Source: Macrostomum lignano (lineage: Eukaryota). Taken from it: 64,000 bases of DNA. Below the pieces are notes generated by a model. It was not told the DNA's origin, did not search any database, and was given only the letters and a program-made list of their open reading frames with translations. Location: the NCBI GenBank assembly GCA_002269645.1, contig NIVC01001468.1:89870-153869 (forward strand), read 5' to 3'. Within the stretch, counting starts at the first letter, position 1; each line of letters starts with the position of its first letter. A program made the position numbers and the translations under genes. Below are positions 1 through 11,498 of this stretch, piece by piece.

Positions 1-142
1 GCTGGTTCCTGTGCTGTTATTAGCGGCTTGGCAATTGCGGCTTTTATGATGCGACGCCTCCTGTGATTCTGTGGACTGCGTTTGTTTAAAACTATTGAAT
101 GAATTGAGCCTTTGGAAGTTAAAGTCATAGACATTTCAGCTC

Positions 143-680
143 GTAGGCAGTTTAGGCCATAGATAGTAGTTTAGACTGTAGACAGTTTAGGCCATAGATA
201 GTAGTTTAGACTGTAGACTGTTTAGGCAATAGATAGTAGCTTAGACTGTAGACTGTTTAGGCAATAGATAGTAGCTTAGACTGTAGACAGTTTAGGCCAT
301 AGATAGTAGCTTAGACTGTAGACAGTTTAGGCCATAGATAGTAGTTTAGACTGTAGACAGTTTAGGCCATAGATAGTAGTTTAGACTGTAGACTGTTTAG
401 GCAATAGATAGTAGCTTAGACTGTAGACTGTTTAGGCCATAGATAGTAGCTTAGACTGTAGACAGTTTAGGCCATAGATAGTAGTTTAGACTGTAGGCAG
501 TTTAGGCCATAAATAGTAGTTTAGACTGTAGACTGTTTAGGCAATAGATAGTAGCTTAGACTGTAGACAGTTTAGGCCATAGATAGTAGCTTAGACTGTA
601 GACAGTTTAGGCAATAGATAGTAGTTTGGACCTTAGACAGTTTAGGCCATAGACAGTTCAGACTACAGACAGTTTAGATC
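143..680. repeat. 35-bp minisatellite (GTAGACAGTTTAGGCCATAGATAGTAGTTTAGACT), about 15 copies
   Basis: Unit read directly; the period of 35 is maintained with few substitutions. Confidence 0.95.
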
Positions 681-1669
681 ATAGAAGACAGGCAGCAGAC
701 TTTCATAGGTAACAAAAAGCCAACTAAATGATTGCATGGGAATGCCAATTTACTTATCTTAAACTCTTACCTTATCAATTTATTATCTAAAGATAATGTT
801 ATTGGCGAATAATGTCCATTTATTTTTGGTATAAAAAATTCAGTTTTATACCTATTGTTGCCTGTTTTCAACTCAAATGCTTTGTTATTTACGTTAAGTC
901 TATATTGAGTATACTTTAGTTAAACAAAGAGCCAATGCTAGGGCGGAATTTCTTTACGAGTAGTCAATAATGAAATGCTAATTCTTATAAAGTATGAACT
1001 ATTTCCAGCCTGAATGCTGCATGTTGACAACATCCTAGGAGCTAAATTAGTGTGTACATGTCTAACTTGTTATGCAAGTCCGTGCGCAAACATTCCATAT
1101 GAGTTTGACCATTCCCTATGATGTTTCATACTTATAACTAAGCATCCTTGTTGTACATACGCAGTGGCAGAACCCTAAGTAGCTATTGAATTATAGTATA
1201 AAGTGATGTTTTGCTAATGTTTTCAACAGTTTTATATTGAAATATTATTTGCAACAATCATTCCAAATTAATGAAGTTAACAAGCATGATAAATTAAATT
1301 GAGTTCAATATTAAATAAATCTGTGCAAGTCTCGCAACATTTTCATCCGTTTAAAATGCATTAACACAAAATTGAAACACAGCTCAAGCCGGCTCTTGCC
1401 TTGTGTCAGTCATTTGTGTCTGTCACCGTGGCTTGCCAAAATGTCTGCATAGTTTACAGCAACAGGTGACAGAACGAGGGCGACTTGGTGGGTGATCGAC
1501 TTTCACGTGATTTCCCTAGCGACTCAACACTCGACAGCTGCGAAGTGGCAATCGGTGAAACCAAAGGGATTTAAAAAAATCAATGGGTTTTAAACCCATA
1601 AGATTTGCTCTGGGAAAAAAATCAGATGTTACCGACTAGCTTTCCACTGTGCTTGTCAGCAGCACAAAA

Positions 1670-2255
1670 GCAGGAACGCATTGTCAGTATCACACAACCG
1701 CAGGAGCGTATTGACAGTATCACACAACCGCAGGAGCGTATTGACAGTATCACACAACCGCAGGAGCGTATTGACAGTATCACACAACCGCAGGAGCGTA
1801 TTGACAGTATCACACAACCGCAGGAGCGTATTGACAGTATCACACAACCGCAGGAGCGTATTGACAGTATCACACAACCGCAGGAGCGTATTGACAGTAT
1901 CACACAACCGCAGGAGCGTATTGACAGTATCACACAACCGCAGGAGCGTATTGACAGTATCACACAACCGCAGGAGCGTATTGACAGTATCACACAACAG
2001 CAGGAACGCATTGACAGTATCACACAACAGCAGGAGCGCATTGTCAGTATCACACAACAGCAGGAGCGCATTGTCAGTATCACACAACAGCAGGAGCGCA
2101 TTGTCAGTATCACACAACAGCAGGAGCGCATTGTCAGTATCACACAACCGCAGGAGCGCATTGTCAGTATCACACAACAGCAGGATCACATTGACAGTAT
2201 CACACAACAGCAGGAGCGCATTGTCAGTATCATACAGCAGGAGCACATTGTCAGT
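1670..2255. repeat. 30-bp minisatellite (GCAGGAGCGTATTGACAGTATCACACAACC), about 19 copies
   Basis: Direct tandem repeat. It explains the four repetitive ORFs at 1605-2369. Confidence 0.95.
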
Positions 2256-3193
2256 GGCGCGAACACGGAAACTCATTGAAGACGCGGAAGCTGCTGGATT
2301 GTCAAAGTCGTCATCAAGCCCAGATTTTGATTGATATCTGGAAACTTTTACTGGAACTATCGGTCCCATACAACTTTGACAATAATTATTCTGTTAATAT
2401 TTTCAGTAGCAAGCATCAAAGCAGACTTCAAGCTTTTTCTGGAGATCTTCATGGTATCTGGAGGTCGTGACTAATACACCCCTGTGCACCAATCAGCACT
2501 GCGCCTCAGTGCAACCTTGCCAAGCCTCCAAATTTCATCAGCACTTCGACCACATGTATACACAATCTACATTATCTCTGTCTTCGAAGGCGACCGACTT
2601 TCACTCAGACGGATCGAGCCTAGACGGTGGGCAAACTTAAATTTCTGAGTGTCCTCAACTAGTCTCTCAAGCATTCCGTCACCAACCCGATGCTTTTTAG
2701 AACTGTCAAGTGTACCTCATATGTAACAGTGTGAAGCTGTCTTCAACTTTGAGATTGAGAAAGAAGCAAAACCAACAGCAGCAGTGAATCCACTGGTCCA
2801 TTACGATACGCGAACAGCTTATAAAAAACTGAGAATTCAGAAAAAGAGATTGTGCCATAGACACGTTAAGCAACAAATATTTTTTCTAGTAATATTTTCA
2901 TGTAATATTTTTTCTAGTACGCCCAGCATGCCATCCGTGAAGAGTGCTTCTTATTATAGCACATTTATAAAAATACGAGTAACACAACAATGTAAATAAA
3001 TTGGCCAGATCACACGCTTGAAGGGGAACACAGTGGCTGGAGAAAATATTATGTTTAACAAAAGTGAAAATAGAAAGTGCATAGTACATACTGGAGGTGA
3101 ATAGTATGAATGGGGACGTGTCAAGCAAGTCAAAGATTTCACACTAATGGCCTTGCAAATTGTCTATCTAACTAAAAGACATTGGACACGCGA

Positions 3194-4957
3194 TCAAAGC
3201 TCGTCAAAGCTGGAGTCGCTGCCGAACAGCTGGTCGAAAACCTCGCGAAGACCCTCTGTGCCGATCCGGTCGGTCATCTTCTGCACCTCCTCCTCGAAGG
3301 TGCTGCACTGGACGCCTAGCCGACCGAGTATGCTGTCGAGCTTGTTGAGGTCGGGCCGGCTTCCGTTGAGCACAAACTGCTGCACGTTGAGTCCCAGCTC
3401 GGCCGCCTTGTACACCATCTGGCCCCTGGAGTGCTGCTGACGCAGGAAAGACACGAACACGAGTTTCGCGTCGAACACTTCTTGTCGGTAGCGCTCAAAC
3501 AGGGGAAAAAAACGAGTTCCCTGGAAGTCGGTGTTCTCTTCCTCATCCGTGACTACGATAAAAGTGCGAACAATCTCCTTGCGCTCGTAGTACGGATACA
3601 GAGCTGCGGCATGAGCAGTGCAGCCTGATGCCTTTGTGCTGCGAGCCAGACTCAGGACCTCTTCGATGGTTCGAGGATTGGCCTCGGGGCTCCACGACTT
3701 GACGTTGAAGAAGATCAGGTCGCACTTGATGATGGCCGACAGCAGAGACGAGATGATGGTGGCGGTGCGGATGGCGACATTCATCGAAGACGAGGCGTCG
3801 CCAATGACGACGACCGGAGACTCGAGGTTGAGAGTGGTCTCCTGCAGCTTGTGCTCCGCGACTGGGATGAGCATCGGGTAGAAGCTGGGCACGGGAGACA
3901 TGCCAGAGAAGAGCAGCAAACGCTCCATCAGCTTGCCGTAGGTGAGCGTGACCTTTTCTCCGTTGCGCAGTCGCTCCTCGATGGCCGCATCGACCTCGGG
4001 ACACTTGACGTCTTCGTACCACCAGATGCCGCGATCCACTCGGTCGTCGTTGCGCACAACTCGAGCTTTCGTTTGGTTGCTCATGTGCTCAAGGAAGCGA
4101 CGAATTTCAGAAAAGGGCAGCGCTCGCTCGGCTAGGATCTCGTTCACATTCTCCGGGGTGATGATGGAGCACTGCTTGGCGAGCGTCCCATCCGGAGCTT
4201 CGGCACCGAAGCAGAACGGCAGGAACCAGGGCGCCGCAGGAAAGTCAATCGACGGGCTCAGGTGGCAAATGTCGGCAAGCTTCTTCCACGGATCCTTGGA
4301 CATGTGCAGGGCAAAGTAGTCGAGCTCGGCGAGGGAGAAGGTGCGCACCCAGCGCTTCACGTGTCGGCAGAATGCTCCGCTAGCCGAGCCTTGAGCCGGT
4401 CGAATGGCCGACAGGTTGTCAATGTTGTACTTGACCTTGCTGACGAACTTCTTCTTTGCTCCTCCGGGCTGGCTCTGCGCCTTGGCGAGGCGCTTCTCCC
4501 ACTCTCGAATCTTTCGTCCCGAGTCCAGCATGGTAGCCGCCTTGAGCACCTCGGCTACACCGAAGCTGCCTCGGAGCTTGAGCAGTCCGTCAGCCAGCGC
4601 GGGGTCGTTGCGAGCCCAGGCGGCAGCGAGAGCACGGACTCGCGCGTTCTGATTGATCTCGACCCCGGATTTGGTGAGCACGGCGATGGCTGCCGCGTAG
4701 CGACTCCGATTGCTGGTCTGCGCCCTCGTGTGCTGCTCGAAGCTGGTCACGCCGAGGAAAAAGGCGCTGCTGTCGCCCGCAATGTCGAGCGCCTGGTCCG
4801 CCTTGTCCGCCGTCCACTCCTCGTCAGCGGCCGGCTGCTGCGGGCGGCCTCCGCCTCGACTGCCGCCTCGACTGCTGCCTCGACCGCCGCCTCGACCGCC
4901 ACCTCGACCGCGACCCCTTCCGCCGCGCCCTCTGAGAGCTCCGCGTCCGCGGACCAT
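3194..4957 (-). CDS. Intronless 587-aa protein: N-terminal RGG box, helical middle region, C-terminal vWA domain (TROVE/Ro60-like architecture)
   Basis: Uninterrupted ATG-to-stop ORF with GC3-rich codons. N-terminus GRGGRGRGRGGGRGG. vWA MIDAS-type strand VVVIGDASSSM, a later T motif (GCTA) and IVVTDEEEN. The TROVE-like label is inferred from architecture. Confidence 0.85.
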   Translation of the reverse strand: MVRGRGALRGRGGRGRGRGGGRGGGRGSSRGGSRGGGRPQQPAADEEWTADKADQALDIAGDSSAFFLGVTSFEQHTRAQTSNRSRYAAAIAVLTKSGVEINQNARVRALAAAWARNDPALADGLLKLRGSFGVAEVLKAATMLDSGRKIREWEKRLAKAQSQPGGAKKKFVSKVKYNIDNLSAIRPAQGSASGAFCRHVKRWVRTFSLAELDYFALHMSKDPWKKLADICHLSPSIDFPAAPWFLPFCFGAEAPDGTLAKQCSIITPENVNEILAERALPFSEIRRFLEHMSNQTKARVVRNDDRVDRGIWWYEDVKCPEVDAAIEERLRNGEKVTLTYGKLMERLLLFSGMSPVPSFYPMLIPVAEHKLQETTLNLESPVVVIGDASSSMNVAIRTATIISSLLSAIIKCDLIFFNVKSWSPEANPRTIEEVLSLARSTKASGCTAHAAALYPYYERKEIVRTFIVVTDEEENTDFQGTRFFPLFERYRQEVFDAKLVFVSFLRQQHSRGQMVYKAAELGLNVQQFVLNGSRPDLNKLDSILGRLGVQCSTFEEEVQKMTDRIGTEGLREVFDQLFGSDSSFDEL

Positions 4958-5560
4958 TATAATTTGATTGAACAGCAGATGTCTTTCAGAACAGCTTTGT
5001 AGTCAGGGTGTTTTATCGCGATTTTGCTTCTGTCGTTCGGGTCGTCTGGCCTTCTTCTTTCCCTTAGTTTTATATAGCCTTAGCCTCCCGCCTTGCCTCA
5101 CGTGGCGCAATCAAAAAATGCAACTTTGACGTGTCAGTCAGTAAACAATCGCCCTCTCAGCCTCCTCTTTTGTACTTCATCACTCTGGCATTGCTCTATG
5201 CAAAGCAATAGGGGCTGGCGAGAATGCAATGACGAAATGGAGTGAAATTCTGTGAGGCGTGTACTCGTGTGGGGTAGGAAGCGCTTCTTCTCTCGCTGAG
5301 TGTACAGTACAGTTGTGCGCGCACTAAATGTACACTGCATGCCAGTCAGTTACCAAGGGCAACCCGAGTACGGCTCTGCAAGGAAGGCAATCCTTCTTCC
5401 CTTAGCCAAGAATAGAAATTTGGCCTGTGACTTCACTTTAACGATTGCATTTTGATTCGTGGGACAAATTTCTCTTCTGGGGAAATCGTTGTCACGCACT
5501 GGGACCGCTGATTATTTATCCATTGTTAAAGATATTTGCAGTAGTCAAAGTCGAAATATG

Positions 5561-6073
5561 TATTGTTCCTCTTTGTCTATGGTTGGGATAGTGCAATCTG
5601 TATTAGGTATTGTTCCCCTTTGCCTATGGTTGGGATAGTGCAATCTGTATTAGGTATTGTTCCCCTTTGCCTATGGTTGGGATAGTGCAATCTGTATTAG
5701 GTATTGTTCCCCTTTGCCTATGGTTGGGATAGTGCAATCTGTATTAGGTATTGTTCCCCTTTGCCTATGGTTGGGATAGTGCAATCTGTATTAGGTATTG
5801 TTCCCCTTTGCCTATGGTTGGGATAGTGCAATCTGTATTAGGTATTGTTCCCCTTTGCCTATGGTTGGGATAGTGCAATCTGTATTAGGTATTGTTCCCT
5901 TTGCCTATGGTTGGGATAGTGCAATCTGTATTAGGTATTGTTTCCCTTTGTCTATGGTTGGGATATTGCAATCTGTATTAGGTATTGTTCCCCCTTGTCT
6001 ATGGTTGGGATAGTGCAATCTGTATTAGGTATTGTTCCCCTTTGTCTATGGTTGGGATAGTGCAATCTGTATT
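5561..6073. repeat. 47-bp minisatellite (TTCCCCTTTGCCTATGGTTGGGATAGTGCAATCTGTATTAGGTATTG), about 11 copies
   Basis: Direct tandem repeat. Confidence 0.95.
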
Positions 6074-6508
6074 CTGCCTAGACCCTCCAATGCTGCTCGG
6101 GTGACATGTCTTGGAAAAAAACTTCACCTTTAATTTCAGGTTTTATAAGAATTTCTAAGAACTGCTTTTTAATTTATCTGATACGCTCGTACTTTTACTT
6201 GATAAACCCTACTGCACTACTAACAGTAAGCAAAATCTGCTAGACAGTAAAATTGATTGGTGTTGTTATAAAAATTCGATCGGAGCCCCCAACGCGTTAG
6301 GTCCATAAAAGTCACTGTTGTAATGATATTTCCAGCTTACAGGTTGTAAGTCAATAAAGCGCTTTATTTTGAGTCATCCCTTATCAACATCCAAATCTTG
6401 CGGAAGCACGAGAATTGCCAGTTCTGGATTTTTGTTTCGCCACGCCATTTGCCCGCGGTATTCTTGCTGCTTGAATATCTACTAAAGATAGTTGTCAGCT
6501 AGCTTATA

Positions 6509-7280
6509 GTCTGTAGCTGATATCCCTTCTGTACCTGGCATACCCTCTGTACCTGTTATACCCTCTGTAGCTGGCATCCCCTCTGTATCTGGAATCCTCT
6601 CTGTATCTGGCATCCCCTCTGTAGCTGGCATCCTCTCTGTAGCTGGCATCCTCTCTGTAGCTGGCATCCCCTCTGTATCTGGAATCCTCTCTGTATCTGG
6701 CATCCCCTCTGTAGCTGGCATCCTCTCTGTATCTGGCATCCCCTCTGTAGCTGGCATCCTCTCTGTAGCTGGCATCCCCTCTGTAGCTGGCATCCTCTCT
6801 GTAGCTGGCATCCCCTCTGTAGCTGGCATCCTCAATGTAGCTGGCATCCTCAATGTAGCTGGCATCCTCAATGTAGCTGGCATCCTCTCTGTAGTTGGCA
6901 TCCTCAATGTAGCTGGCATCCTCAATGTAGCTGGCATCCTCTCTGTAGCTGGCATCCACTCTGTAGCTGGCATCCACTCTGTAGCTGGCATCCACTCTGT
7001 AGCTGGCATCCACTCTGTAGCTGGCATCCACTCTGTAGCTGGCATCTCCTCTGTAGCTGGCACCCCTCTGTAGCTGGCATCCACTCTGTAGCTGGCATCT
7101 CCTCTGTAGCTGGCACCCCTCTGTAGCTGGCATCCACTCTGTAGCCGGCATCCTCAATGTAGCTGGCATCCTCAATGTAGCTGGCATCCCCTCTGTAGCT
7201 GGCATCCACTCTGTAGCTGGCATCCCCTCTGTAGCTGGCATCCACTCTGTAGCTGGCATCCCCTCTGTAGCTGGCATCCC
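6509..7280. repeat. 18-bp minisatellite (CTCTGTAGCTGGCATCCN), about 42 copies
   Basis: Direct tandem repeat. It generates the MPATEx/DASYR ORFs. Confidence 0.95.
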
Positions 7281-8709
7281 TTTGATGATATTGAAAGCGG
7301 GCAAAAAACTTCCACGATCAAAGCATGCTGGTCGCGGGTGCAAGTGCACTCGGATTCATGAAGTTATGTTTGAATGGCGAATCTGAGAAGCCAACAAGGA
7401 TTCAACTTTCTGACTTATTTTCAAATGTTTCCTCCAATCAGCAGTTCGAAAAAAATAAATATTTTTAGCTTGTTGAAGCAACGGAAATCGATGGCTTCCG
7501 GTCTACAATCGAGCGGACGCATTGCGAATGGAAATAAAGCAGGTTTATTTCGGTCCTGGCATTCTGTGAAACGAGTGGCACAAACCGGAAATTGGTAATT
7601 ATCAATGTCCTAGTTCAATCCGAGTTGTGTTGAGGATAATGTATATCTAGCTGTCACGTCCTGCCCAGCAATACGTGTACCTGCTGCATGATCTGCTCCG
7701 ATTATTAAAAGCAATTTTTATGGTTGATTTCCAATCGGCAGTTATGTTAACGACTTTTACCCGAAATAATTAATACTACTGCTATCGTTAACAAGTAGCG
7801 ACTAAAGTATTTATTTGTTTTCTTATTTGTCTGACAGCAACCTAACTAACAGCAAAAGATTGACGAGTGGCTTGAAACCAGATTGGGCCACCTAGAAGCT
7901 TGGCACCCTGCCAATGGGACCTACCAAGCAGAGCAGGGGGTCAGCGGCATGAGGGCCAACCGCCAAGGCACTGCAGAGAGTGCACAATGCCTGACGATTA
8001 GAAAGTCAGGGCTGCTGTTCACCCTGTGTGATCGTGCGTATGAGTGCTGTGCCTGCAGTTTTGGCGCTCTTGTATATTTAGGAGTCAGCGTTGGGTGTGG
8101 GATGGTATTGGAGCAGCCCCTCCTGCAATTACTGTAATTGCTATCATTACTAAGTTTTGTAACTGATTAATGATTGTCAACACAAGAGGTTACAAAAATG
8201 GTCAGAAATGTTCTCCAGCCGCGAGAGGCCGGGAGTAGTGGAAAAATGATTAAAAACTATTAAAATTTCGGGGGTTGCTGGGAAGAGTAAAATCGCTTTG
8301 CACAACCAGAAAGCGGAAGTGCGGACCAGTTTCAGGTTTGGAATTTATCAGTGCAAGTGGCGTTTATCGCTCGGGAAATTCCGTTCTTTATTGGCTTTGC
8401 TAAGATTATAAAAAATGCAGCCGTGTTCTGTGACCAGGGAATATCGCCCCTCTTCACCGCTTAGATTCAGGGCTCAGAAAAATAACTGTTTTTTTCTGAT
8501 AGCTCAAAGCAACAAGAGAAGCTACGACCTATTTAGAAAGTATTCTTAGAGAAATCTTGGATCTTGAATTCTGAAAAAGTATTCACTCAAAGTTCTTAAA
8601 ATGTACATAATCTCCACTCAGAATTCCTACAGATGTGCACAGTCTTCATTAAAAAATTTTTAGAAATGTAAATTACTCGGAATTCTTAGAAATGCACAAT
8701 GCTCGGAAT

Positions 8710-8875
8710 TCTAAGAAATGTACATAATCTTCACTCCAACTTCTTAAAAATGTACATAATCTTCACTCCAACTTCTTAAAAATGTACATGATCTTCACTC
8801 CAACTTCTTAAAAATGTACATAATCTTCACTCTAAATTCTTGAAAATGTACATGATCTTCACTCTAAATTCTTAG
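8710..8875. repeat. About 32-bp degenerate tandem repeat (TTCTTAAAAATGTACATAATCTTCACTCCAAC)
   Basis: About 5 good copies with more degenerate copies on each side. Confidence 0.8.
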
Positions 8876-11498
8876 TTTAAATTACTCAGAGTTCTTAGAG
8901 AAATTACTTAATCTTCACTATGCTTTCTCAGAAATATAGAAATCCTCACTAAGCATACCAAGCTTTAGCTAAATAAGGAACGGCAAAACTCAATACATTC
9001 AAATCAATTAAGAATTTGCCAGCTCAGCAATGTCTGCTTGAAATTTAAAAAATACCCCCCCCCCCCTACCCAGAAACCCTGCAATATCACCGAAGCAGTC
9101 GCTATGCCAGTCCTTCAAACGCTTGTTTATTAAGGTTCTTTCTGGGAGAGCCTGCAGTGACGCAGCGAAATGTTTAGTAGGTCAAGCTGTCTGCGGCAGG
9201 GCACAATAGCGACCAGCACCAGCTCCGTATTCCAATAGCCCCACTCCACGCGCTTAGCTCAGATAGAATAATCAATGGCATCCCCTCTTGCTTCCGTATT
9301 TTATTCAAAACTTCTCTTCGAGCGAGGTTGGGCAGGGGTGGGGGCCGCGCAACCGGCTTCTCAAGTCTTTTAAAAAAAAATTGACAATTGCGGAGGTGGA
9401 ACCCACTCGGCTGCCTCACAGAGCTGGCCCGCCAACTTTCAGCTGCCCTCAGCTGCAGTTTTTTTATACCCCCCCTTAGCCCTGACTGTCTGTTTAAAGG
9501 CTTCAATTCAAGGAGGTGGTGCAGCAGCGGCGATCGGGTGCCTCGACGCCTGAAATCGGCTTCCCTGTACATAGAGAATAACGCTAGAGTGACTTGGTAG
9601 CTCCTGGCTATAAAACTGATGCGGGCTTGTGAGCTTTAACTCCGCGCTATTGTGTATGAGTTGCTAATTTCATACACAGCTGGCTGGCTGGCAGGTCACA
9701 TGACTTTGAATCTCACCCAGCTCCCGCGCTCAATATTAGCTTGAGTTGACCAATGCAAATACTATATGATAGTAAAATGACTTGTCATAACTATATTGCG
9801 TGGCAACATAAACTATCTTATGCCAGGTTAGCGTAAACTGTATATCTCTGATTGAACTGGCTGATTTTACTTACGTATTTGTCAAATTGCAGTTGCGGAC
9901 AATTGTTTATGCTTCACAAGCCTAACACAGGTTATACTCGTAGTCATTGACGCTATCGCGCTAACAACTATTTATCGTTTTGCTTATGACAGAGGCCAAG
10001 GAAACCCCCCCGGCTGGTGCTGCAAGCTCTGGCATAAGCCGGAAGCCGTCAGCGAACTGTTTGTGTCATTGGCAGCGGATCAACGCGCTGAAAAGCATTT
10101 TGTAGTTTAAATTTGTTAAAATTCTGAAAACATGCATAGATGAATATCTGTTTCAAGTAAATACAGGGTCAGTTTTAGTGTCAATGAACTGTTTCAAACT
10201 TCAAACTGCTAACATTTTAAGTCTTGGCCTGTTGCACTTTAACAATTTGCCGTTAACAAGCGAAGCAACTCCGACAGGCGCTGGCAAGGCATGACAATGG
10301 CCGGGGCGCCGCTGCTGACGGCTCACGGTTCAAGAATGGCTGCAGCCACTCACTTTATTTTTAAAGCAAGACAACCCAAGGCGACGCACCTGTTTTGTCT
10401 CACATTATGCATCACCCCATGTCATTATAAATGAGTTTTTTGTCTTGTCAAACACATCGCTTTCGGGGCCGGAGTTCTATGCGCTGTTGGAGCTGACAGA
10501 GTTACCCAGCCCCGGCATCATTTGTCTCTCATACCCCAGTTAGCTCTATTTGCTCAGAGCCCCCTCTTGTCCGGGGTGGAAGGCAAATTATTGATGAAGA
10601 AAAATTCCAACTAAAAAATTGTGAAATTCTCTGATGATGCAGAAACACGGCAGAAGGAGCTAATGAATGAATAAGCAAGGCCCTGCGGAATGCCAGGCAA
10701 AGTCTCTAAGCAGAAGGCGGTAATTTCATACCCCAATTTAAAAACGTTGCAAACTAAGGCTGGGAAAGTTCATGGATTTAAAAAATGGATCGATTTGTTT
10801 TTAACATTTTCAAACATTGTTGCCAATATAGCAGACTTCAGTTTTGTTGATATTGACAGAGTGCAGAAATTGCCAGCAGATTTTGCTTTTAAGCATCTCT
10901 TTCTATTCTTTGACTGTGATGTTTTTTCCTTAAGAAATCAAATATTGACAGCCGGTACCAGATTAGCACCCATGCCCAGTCATCCATTTGTCGATCAAGC
11001 CCCAGACTCTGATGATGGCAGATTTCTCTGGCGCAGTCCCTCTGTTTGCCAGAGGCCAGGGACACATAATGCACACTGGCTCACTGAAAAATTACCGGCG
11101 GGGTATCTGTGTTTGCATTCGACTAGCAATGTCTGTCTTTTAATGTCACAAATATCTATCACCCCAGTGCCCAGGGATTACAGTTGCTTAAGCACACACT
11201 GGGAATAGTACACAAAGTGAAACATTTTCTAGAATCCCAGGCAGAACCTGTTTTGATTGCTGAGTTGAAACAAAAAAATAGAAAACTTCTCTCATCCGGG
11301 TTGCAGCGTTGACAGAGACCAGCAGACTGAGGCAAATTTGCGAAACGGAAGTAAAATGCGACCGACTGCCCGAAGAAACAACATCCCCTCTCCCCCGATC
11401 TAGCTCGTAGAAGATGAAAATAAAACCTTCGAGCAGGAAGAAGAGACAAAAATAGTCGAAAACAGACTGACAAGACAGGAAGCGGTTAAATAGAAACG

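Noticed and set aside
1605-2369. ORFs of 183-237 aa on both strands (ITQPQERIDS etc.)
   Set aside because: They are translations of a stop-free 30-bp array, open in several frames at once, with no good start or splice context.
3194-3208. C-terminal FDEL resembling an ER-retention signal
   Set aside because: The protein has no signal peptide and begins with an RGG box.
3316-5002. Numerous overlapping ORFs across the vWA gene
   Set aside because: They are shadow frames of a GC3-rich coding sequence.
6482-7349. MPATEG / DASYR repeat ORFs
   Set aside because: They are products of the 18-bp array, with no flanking coding evidence.
7850-11450. Scattered short minus-strand frames with possible splice sites (about 7900-8110, 9150-9560, 10600-11080)
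   Set aside because: No phase-consistent model or recognisable protein could be built, so I leave them unannotated rather than excluded.
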